Shown: positions 38,359 through 48,220 of the stretch, one piece after another
Numbering within the stretch: position 1 is the first letter of the stretch
Layout: each line of letters opens with the position of its first letter
Source of the DNA: Catajapyx aquilonaris
Taxonomy: Eukaryota
Length of the DNA: 48,220 nucleotides
Assembly: GCA_000934665.2 (NCBI GenBank)
Contig: KZ538244.1
Location: 124,001-172,220, forward strand
Direction: 5' to 3'
Program-made: the position numbers and the translations under genes
Notes under the pieces: model-generated
What the model was told of the DNA's origin: nothing
The model's database searches: none
Seen by the model: the letters and a program-made list of their open reading frames with translations, nothing else

Positions 38359-41300
38359 ACGTGGAGGTAAAGAGTCTTATCAAAACCCAGAGAAGGCGCC
38401 GCGCCGTGACGCTTATCCTACTTTTGGCTCGAAGCCATGGCCTGAAGATGCAGTCAAGTGAAGCATTAGACCTAGACTACATGTGATGCATTTCTGACGA
38501 GAGATACGTCAATCTGTTTTTTTTTTTAAAGAGTGATTACGCATTCAGCACATGTGCATAAGGTAATGTGATTAATGTGTCCAAAAGTACATTATAATAA
38601 TTCATTAGAGATCCAATTCAAATATTAATTTTATGTAATTTTATTAATTGTAATGTATATTTGGTAGCCTGTAGATTATCCGGATATTCCATATTATCCG
38701 AACAACATAAGAAATAATTCCGTCAGAGGTGAACTGGGGTCAATTTTGACCCTCACATTACAAACCAAGTAGCTCATTAATTACGGGCTAATTATTTCAA
38801 GCCGACGGAAACTGCTACTGTAATTAACAGCAGAACATACACTACCCGGCGGAAAATTCTCACGACAGTGTTGTATCTCGGGGCGTGTCATATTTGGCAC
38901 GAAATCTTGAATAATTCGCAACACCATGTACATATATCAAGCCACATTCCTAACATTTTAGAAGCCAGAATTCTCTCCCCCCAAAAAATAATGACTCCGT
39001 AAAATTCTTACAATTGGATAGGATGGAGAATATGTTAGGTCCTGTTACTGGTGAATTCCAGAGGCCCATTTGGGCGGAGTGTAGTGACGGGTGACAAAGA
39101 AGGCTTTTGGTACTTGCCAGCCTTATTCCCTCTGGTAGGTCTCTCCATCTATTTTTTTTATATAGAGAAGGAATTATTATTCCGATCGAGTAGCCTTCAG
39201 CAGTCAGGCCCCCTCTTTATCCTGGTTCAAATGGCGGAACCCCTCTTATGAGAATTGCAAATGGGAGCCGATTCTTGGCGGGTTTTGAAACAAACGGACA
39301 TTGATCAGGTTTTTGGGGGAGGCCAAGACCCGGTTTTTTCGGGGAGAGACAGACGGGCGTGAAATTGGCAGCGAATGACGCTTCAGGACACTCTCTTGTG
39401 GACGGTTTTTGTCCTGGCAGCTGTGACTTTTGGGGGGGTTCCTTTCACTGCGACTGGCCGATGGGAAATCGCATTTTGGCTGCTTGTCACGGGTGACACC
39501 CCTTTTCGGTGGCGTCCCCCATGTCACGTTGACCGCATTTGGTCATGGTGACAGGCTAATGTGACACGAATTTTTTGATATTGAGACGTTTTTGGCGACC
39601 TAAAACCGAAACGCGTAAATCTGCAGTGCTTGCACCTGATCTTACCTAGCACCACCAAGTCATGCATAACAAATGGCCACCGAAGACCACCCACAAACCT
39701 CGCGCTGTTTACTAAACCCTGGCAACGTAATATGTGCAGTGTAAATTAGACAGATAGGGGGGAGCTCATAATGAATTGCATCATAGTATCCCCGTCGGCG
39801 TTTTGTTTCCATCGTTGGGGTGCACACCCTCCTCTTGTACTTTGATATTGACCCTTGATTGTAATTGGTGCGACAAAGAAAACAAAGTTCAGGGGAAAAA
39901 CATGAATAACTTCGAGTTGAGAAAATATTTGTCTACCATCAGGAAGCGTCCGGAATATTATTGGGTACCGGGTGCATTGGAGGGGGATCAACCCTCATAC
40001 CCAGATGTATGGGTCAGACAATCGGGGGAAGGTTCGCATTTCCATAAGAAAAGCGCAGGCGTCGCAGGCATCAGGATTTGTCACGGGTCTGTACTATGGG
40101 GGGTGTCGTTTTAACAAACCAGGGAGGGTCATAAGTTTAGGTGAGATTGAAGGGTCAGTTATGTAAAGCTGGGGGCATCTCTGGATCAACGGAGTGAGAT
40201 GAAAACAGTTTTATCTTGGGTCTGCACGTCTCTGGATGGGTAATGAGGATGGACAGAAGGGATGAGTTTCTCACGAGGATTCTGTCATAAATGAATAGAG
40301 AGTGGATCAGGACTCAAAAGGTGTGCTTTTGTGGCACGCTTTTATTACTCTTTATATTATGTGGGTCTAGGCAGATGTGCTGGGCTACATTGTGTTACTT
40401 ACATGTATAGGTAACCCTGAGGCACGTGTAAACACTGCATTAAATTTCAAACCTGTTTTTGTGCTGTCTCATATTACGCCCGGTTGTAAGTTGTTACGCA
40501 TTTTATAATCAAATTGACAGAAAAATTGCTCCTGAATTAATTCATTAGATTAGATGAGAGAAAATATATTTATTCTAAAGAAGTAGGAGCCATTTAAATC
40601 CTGAGTTAGTGAGGTGGGGGGAAACTGACCCCCAACGCCTCATTTTTGCATTATAGGCATGAAAACTCGCATGGCGTCTCTGACACACATTGTCGAAGGC
40701 ACTGCAAAAATGTGTCATAAGCATATTTTCTAGTTTACATTTTTCACACTAAGCGCCCTCAACATATATGCCAATATCAGCACCTACCAAAAATAACACT
40801 GCCACTACCAACAAAAAAAATAGAAAGGGAAAATCGTAGCGTGAAGTGCAGCTAAATGTACCGTGTGATACATACGACTGACTCACAGACTAAAAATTCC
40901 AGAAAGTACTTGCCTGAGAAAACCTCAACAAAGCTGTTCATGCCTTGTTTTTTACCCTTCTAGAAGAAGGCTGGGATTTCTTTGGATCCAAAAAGTGTGA
41001 TTCTATAGAACTGACACTTTTTTTTTGCTTATGGAGGAATTATTATTAGCGTAATTAAAAGCATCGATGGAAAAAAAAGAGACGGAAGAGCAGAAAGCTG
41101 GAAGAAAAAGCCAAAAAAGCCTTTTTCCTTTACTTTATGTGCATCTTTTTTTTCCTTTTCTTCTTCCCCTCTTCCTCTGTCGCCTTTTTCTTTTCTCGTT
41201 TGCTTGGTGCCGACGACTGATGAGAGAAGAGGCCTGTAGGGCACTCGTGCGTGCGTCAATGGGGAATAAACGCTGTTAATTTGCACCCTTCGCAAATGAG

Positions 41301-44300
41301 GAGAGGGTGGCCGGGGACGAATATTGTCACGCTTGTCACACTCTTTTTGCCGCAAAAGCTGGAGCAAGTCGGGGTCATTTACACGGGAGCATAACAAGTG
41401 GACCAAGTCTAGTTTGGTTGCAGTGTTGCCAACAAACTGCAATTTCAGCAAATATTTTGGGTTGGCAAAACTGTTCCTATATAAAAAAAAGTTCAGGACA
41501 ATATCGTTGAAGTAGGGACGTGAATTACAGTGTAATTTCAATTTTATTGGCGGATTTATACGGTCGTATTGTACATAACAAAACGGGTCGGCCGCGGCCG
41601 GTCGATTGCAGCAACACGTTTTATTTATATTTTGTTAATGTTTCCGCATCAGCACGACCATCTGGATATGTCGCATTGTGAAAATCGCTCAATGGGTCAC
41701 AACTATCCCATCACTATTCAGTAGTTAAATAAATATTTGGATGCGCCGAAGACTAATGACACATGATATTGGCTGCCATATCCGTGCAAGTTTGTTGTTA
41801 ATAATGAGTTAAAAGTGAGCTAAACACGCGCACACGTCAACCAACACATAGAGGCTTATTACGGGCTAACCGGTGCATATTTGTGTGACTATTTGCAATG
41901 TTTCAATTACAGTAACCTAATTCAGTGGATTACATGCAGTATACTTTGGCATGTTATTTTGCATTGCGCAGAGCTGAAACACTATCCTGCTATGGTACGC
42001 TGCGGTTCAATTAATGCTCTATTTAATTTGCGAATTAACATGATTTTTATAATCCTCGTTCAGACAGGTGTATGAACCTCGTTTCAATAAATCTGATGCA
42101 TATGTACTGCTCAAGTAGGCGACTGTATAACATATCATGTTTATAATAACAACAGTTATTATAATGATAGTAATTATAACTCAGTAAAATGCAAACAGTA
42201 CAGTCATCAAACATATTCAAATAATTACAATAATATATTAAAATAGAGTAAAAAATAATTTCAAATAATAAAAAACTAAATTATTGTAACAAAAATTTAA
42301 AATAATGGTCCAGAACGTTAGTGTCATATCGGTAGGGATTTGGAGTGACCCCAGCAGTACTGTCCTTTGTTGAGGCCCTGCCAGGCACGGTATGTCGCAT
42401 TGCCTAACTATTTTAGTCAATTGCGAGTGTAGCGAGCTGAGCGCTTAATTGTGGGCTATTGAGTTATCCGCCCACCAATACTAGCAGGCCAAAGAACGTT
42501 ATTGTGGCTTTGCCAGTGTAATGTTCATATCAGGAAATATTTTGGCTTATACGGTTCTCCAGCTTATATAAGCAGACATCGCATGATAAACCTGAGGCCG
42601 ACTTTGAAGACCTTCCAGTAGTGCTTATAGAGGAAAAAAAAATTTAATGAGGATTTATTTCTGGAGACAAAGCCGGATCCGGGGGACACCGGGCAATCAC
42701 TTCACGCTGAGATGTGAGATAGGAGGTATCATTTAGGAGCTAAGCCCTGAGCTTGGTTATTTCCGTCGTCTTAGGCAAATTAATCGAGCGAGTTGCTCAC
42801 TCTAGCTTGCTGACGAAGCCTCAAACAAAAACCCACCCCTCAGTGTTTTTACTGTCCACTTAACTGACGGGCGAATTTTTATATCGGACATGATGAACGG
42901 TGTCCAATCTGTGAGCGCTTCTGAGCTTTCAGAAACGCCAAGTTCAGCGCTTTTCAAAAAATTGTTGCGTTACAGTGACTGCTGGGCGGTGGGAAAAACC
43001 GCAGGGTTGACCTTACGTCTGGTCAAATACCTTTCCAAAAAGCGGATTTTACAAAAAAGAAAAGAGAAGTGAGCGGGCGATTAAATTCTGTCTTATTTTC
43101 CTTAGCTAGTAGCAGCAGAGAAAGCGACTAATTTTCTTTTTAAATAATACACGTTCTTGCCTTCCAGCTTTATTCCATTAACTTTCAGCATGACATGCAC
43201 TTTGTACCTTAATATCATGGGGTTTATAATGTTAGTGATTGTTCCAAGAACTTGATTAAACTTTTCGATTAGCTTGTAAGGACGCAATTTTTTAGGGGAG
43301 TAATGGGCCGAAACTCACTTTTTTTTAAAACAATTTTGTAGGATCGGTGCGTTTGCGCCACTTCCACATTTTGTATTGACCAAAGGTATGAATATGCATC
43401 CGCATGTCAACATGCCGTTACGGGGATGTTATTTAAATGATATACCCCTGGAGAGGGATTATCGTATCGATTCCATCGCACACGTTATTATCTGTCTTCC
43501 AGAACGCGCTTTTACGCCTGCACAGCATATATCTGTCCACTAACAAGCGAAAATAACCACATGGCCCCCCCTCCTTCTCGAGAAGTTTCTGGATGGGAAG
43601 AACCAGCAGGATCCCCAAACATGGCGGCTCATTTGCATTCCCTAACCCTTCCCATCCAATAATAATATTAGTCGGATTGACAAAGCGGGACTTTGTTTGG
43701 GTTCCCTCTTGGCGCCTTGTAGCTCTCACAAACCCATGCTAATTACGTGGGGAATGAGTGGAGGTGGATTATGGGGCACTAATACTCTACCCCCCTTCCC
43801 ATCCACCACCCACCCTCCTCTTCCTCCTCTCCCCACCCAAACTCTCCCATCGCTCGTCTTGATGCCACGCTAATTTGCTAATGACGAGAACGCACACTCG
43901 TTCCGTAATTACACGCAGGTTCTATTTTAATTCAGGGGACAGGAGGAGCTATTGACACCGTTAGAAAACATTGTGGCTATATTTTGGGAGAAAGTGCTGG
44001 TTGATTTGAGGGCAATTGGATGAGTCAAAGCTTGGGTTCACGTGAAAGTCGTTGTCTGTTGGTTGGTTGCAGTTGAGAAAGGCTATTCTGCTATTCTGCT
44101 ATTCAAAAGTAACGGTGATCAGAAACAGGTGATTTTTAAGCTATTGTCAGTTCAATCATATTAATTGTGCGACCTATTCCTGCATGTGTGAACGTACCAA
44201 AAATGGCCAAAATTTGGGAAAAAATTGCTAATAAAATTATTTTGGTACAGTACTAAAAGTGGAGGTGCATGATCGATAGTAAATCAAGAACAAGTGGATG

Positions 44301-44633
44301 ATTCATTGTTGATGACAATATTCCAGACAATGTGATTCAGATTAAGTTTTGTCCAAATATGATCGATTTACGTGGTACAAACCCAGCTGTGCAGTAATTC
44401 CACAATTTATTCCGTTTTTGCCAAAATGATTAACTCTTATGGCTACCTGGCATGCACGACAAATTAATGCACACTCGTCCCGCACACATGTCTTTACACC
44501 TAGAACACAGGCTATCATTAGTAGGTACCAGATGAAGACATTGATCTGAGTCGACCCAACCCCCTTAGTCTTTCAAAATGAAGCAATTTGGAAGGGTGGA
44601 CACTGGCTCCCCCAATCTGGCGCCTAGGGAAGA

Positions 44634-44648
44634 GCGACAGATGGCGCT
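44634..44648 (+). promoter_or_regulatory. CTCF-like motif
   Basis: GCGACAGATGGCGCT, 13/15 to consensus. Confidence 0.4.
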
Positions 44649-45589
44649 GGTTCTGGCTCCCCTCTTGATAACCTGCCCCCTTTATCTGGTAACCCTGGAA
44701 AAAGAGGGTTTGTGGGGAGACCGGAAGTTGGCAGACTTTGAAGGAAAAGAGATGACCTACAGCATCCGGGGATGTTCGGATACATACAAGTGGAAGAAAG
44801 GGGAAGAGGTAGCAGCTGCAGAGGGTCGCAGGCCATCAGTTTCTGGAAGGCAATACGATACTAAGAAAACTTGAGGGAGAAAACAGAAGGAGGAGGATTG
44901 GCAAAGAGAACGATATTCGAACCTGTGCCTTCTTTTAAAGGTACCCAAGCAGTTAAGTGGGCACACAAAGAAGGTTGACAAGAAATGGTGCATCTCTGTC
45001 GGGTCAGAAATAATGTCCAGGACCAAACAATACAAAGGCATTGATACAACCAAAAAGAACCAAACAGTATTGCAAAAATGGACCCCGGTCAGAGTTTCAC
45101 TCAAACGTATTCGAGTGCAGGGGTCCATAATACCAACATGCAGAGTTCTGAGTGAAAACAAGTCCATTTCCTTTAATCACGATTTAGTGAATGGGTATTC
45201 CCCCCTGCCTTTGATGATCCGCATGCGCGAGTAATCTTCTGCAGCATTGGAAGCCACTGCTGCGCTGTAATGCGGAATAATAATTACCTGGGGGTTGGGG
45301 ACATTCGCGACTATAATAACAAATCCGGCCCGTAATAGACTCGGAAGGTTATCAAACAGCACCTGAGTCACTTGGAAAAGGATTTGCTGCCAGGGGGATT
45401 TGCCGTCGATGAAATGATTAATCAGAGATTGTGTGCAGCATCCTCCATTCTGCTGCTCCTCTATGCAGAGAGGGTTATTCAAAAGGATGCTATCGAATCG
45501 GATTATCATCATCGTTGAATTGCTCAGAAATCCATAAACTGTTTTAAAATATGCATAAAAAACCAGTAACATACAACTCATCCTTATAG

Positions 45590-45900
45590 ACTACAGTATA
45601 TCATTATGTGTAAATATAAAATTAATTAAACAATTGATTAAATACGGTAATGAAAATAAACAAACTAATAAAATAACAAAATTAATGGATTAAATAAATA
45701 AATAACCCAAATAAAATAAATGTAATTATATAGTCTATTAAAGAAATAATTTATGTAACAATAGCGTAAATTTTTTGACAATAAATAAAATAAAAATTGC
45801 GAAAATAAATAAAGTTTAAACTACTGTAAGTTATTGCTCACAAAATAAATACAGTATACGCAATTAATATAACATCATTAATATAGTGCATAATTAGGCT
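45590..45900. repeat. AT-rich, A-skewed low-complexity tract
   Basis: Degenerate aataaa/taaa words over about 300 bp. Confidence 0.7.
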
Positions 45901-47622
45901 GCACAATTTTCGTAATCGAAATTGTACGCCTACATTACAGTATATTAAAATGTCTCCCTTGTGTCATAACTTGGCCCATTATTATGAAACTATTTTTAAC
46001 CGTGAGACTGTTTCATAACAATTCTGACACATTTTAATTGCATTGTCAATGTTTGTATTGTTTTTTTCCCCCTGAATTCGCTGTTTCACTGTATTTTGAC
46101 TGTCGTTGGCTAGTTTTTTTGAGTGGAAAAAAGGGCAACTCTTGGTTGGAATTTAATTAGTGCAGTGTATGGATCTTTTCGGCGGATTCCAAAATGTGAC
46201 AGCGCTGTCTGGGTGGTTGAACCTTACACGCTGATAATTACCATTCCGGAAAATTCTAGCCCGGTGCGACGGTTTTCTGGTCCCCCGGATAACTCGCAAC
46301 TTCTAATGGCCGCTACATTAACTTTTAAACACGGGGAATAATCAGGGTTAATCCGGGGAAATTTCCAATGTACGGGGAAGTTAGTGGCCGGCCCCAGGAT
46401 TTTCCTCCGGGTTTTCTGGGGTGACACAAAGTGGGCAGTGGTCTATCCTAATGGAATTTGGCAAAGCCGTGGTGAAGTATAGGTGGCAATGAGTGTGCAG
46501 CCGCGCAAACCAATTAGACTAGTACTTCCGGATCTCGCTTGCACGTGATAGGACGGATTTAGAACCCCCCTCCCCCGGTATTATGACCCTCCAAGTCGCA
46601 AAAACCCAGCTCAAATCCTGTCTTATGTCCGTCACATTCGTGTGAATGGACCTGCGCAATTGGAATATGTCCATGGTATAGGGGTGTACCTGTAATTAAT
46701 TAGCTTTCCCCCCGTTGTTCCATTGGTGCATTGAAATAGCTGGATCGTACCCACAGGTTTTACCACAGTGAATTGTGCAGTAGCTTGTTATGACACCCAT
46801 ATTTTAGTTTTAGTCTGGTACAAAAATGGCTGTTAATATTAGGCAGTTCAATCTAATATTAACAGCAGTATTTTTTTAAACCAGTTCCTGTAATGAAAAG
46901 CGGCTTACCTCTTCCTGAAATGACTCTTGTAACTCCAGGGGTTGTATATAGCCGTTGTATTGATCAAACAGGATGGCAGCTGCCCTAACTGTACTATTTG
47001 AACGCTGGGAGCATAATATATGCCGGCAAGATGTGTCCGGCAGGCAAAAGAGCCTAAATTGGACCTTCTCTCCTGTGTCACCATTGGGGCCAGAGTTGCT
47101 CAGGTAGCCCATCTTATTCCCCTTTGACCCCCCGCAGAGGCCGCCTGTCAGTCGCGCCTAATTTACCCGTCAGGGGTGAGTCCTCTTCGGCCCCCTGCCG
47201 GTGACCAGAGTAATTTGAACGGGTCTAAGTAATTGCTCCTCCGACACTGGGGGCAATTAGAAACAGGGGGGTCTGCACTGACTACTTGTCTGATGATGCT
47301 GCTTGGATGGGGAAAGGTGGGGATGGATGGAGAAGGGGTTAGACAGAAAGGAGGAGGGCTACCTTGCCCATCAAGGTCAGGTGCATTTTCAGGCCATTTT
47401 GGATGCCATGATGTTTCATGTCAAACCGAAAGTCAAGGTGCAGGATGCTGGAGTCAACAATCCCTAACTGGGGACTTTGCCAGCTCACCACCTGCATGTA
47501 ATTATATTCTACGCACAAATATTGGCAATTAAATAAATAATTAGATCAAAAACTTTCCCTTCGGTAAAAAAAGAGAAGTAAGACCTCCGCGGCGGAATAA
47601 AAGTACTGAAACAAGGCAGGCG

Positions 47623-48220
47623 CACGTAAGACCTTCACCAATTGATTTAAGCTGTACCATAGGTCTTACTCAAGCAATTCCCAATTCACTGCTATAAAGT
47701 CTCCTTTCTGAAACCTATTTGTGGAATTTTCGTCCTACTACTAATTACTTCTAACAGCAGTACCAGTGTACTGCAATTGTACTGCTAAGTTAGCAGTAAC
47801 TACAGACCTATAGTTAATAGTAATAGTAGTACGACGAAAATTCCACCCATTAATTTTCCATGAGCCACTCCATATTAGTGTTTTATGAAATTAGGAACTT
47901 CAAAAGCACATTGAATTTATATGCGATTAGTGCGAATATTGCCATGAAACATTCATGCAGAATCGTCACCTCTTTTAGATGCTGATTTTAACTCTAACGT
48001 TTAATTTTTCACATATAAACGTTAATTGGTGAATTTTAGAGGGTCTTTTTCGATTGGACCGAGTCTGTTAGAATGGGTTTAGTTTTCCCCCATTTTTTAT
48101 TTTCATAATAAACCTACTGCTATGAGTAGTTTGCAGCAGTAATTTTTACGAGCCGTTCCATACAGTACTTGAGAATTGCTTGAGTAAGACCTATGGTACA
48201 GCTTAAATCAATTGGTGAAG
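47623..48220. mobile_element. Non-autonomous inverted-repeat DNA element (about 600 bp), right end cut by the window edge
   Basis: 47633-47680 is the exact reverse complement of 48173-48220 (48 bp); internal 14-bp inverted repeat at 47721-47734 and 47833-47846; left boundary at CAC 47623 is a guess. Confidence 0.75.

Noticed and set aside
38109..38486. 125-aa ORF containing RWPGIEPGSTAWKATMLTITPP
   Set aside because: This is the antisense translation of the tRNA-Gly gene
41589..41600. 12-bp palindrome CGGCCGCGGCCG
   Set aside because: About a dozen 12-bp palindromes are expected by chance in 48 kb

Overview
This window reads as non-coding DNA from an invertebrate animal, probably an arthropod (inferred from the tRNA sequence, an overall GC that looks moderately below 50%, and CpG that is not obviously depleted). 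None of the short ORFs in the track resembles a protein family I recognise, so no CDS is called. Well-supported features are one intact tRNA-Gly(TCC) gene with a Pol III terminator, three non-autonomous inverted-repeat elements (a near-perfect 271-bp fold-back, a Tc1/mariner-type MITE, and an element with nested inverted repeats cut by the window end), a 27-bp minisatellite, a degenerate repeat block and simple repeats. The most interesting signal is regulatory: CTCF-like motifs recur every few kb and include a tight convergent pair, and POU octamer and TAAT motifs are frequent. Together these suggest a large intron or gene desert of a developmental locus, which is inference only. I found no evidence of a new protein-based system. 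All motif counts are hand counts.
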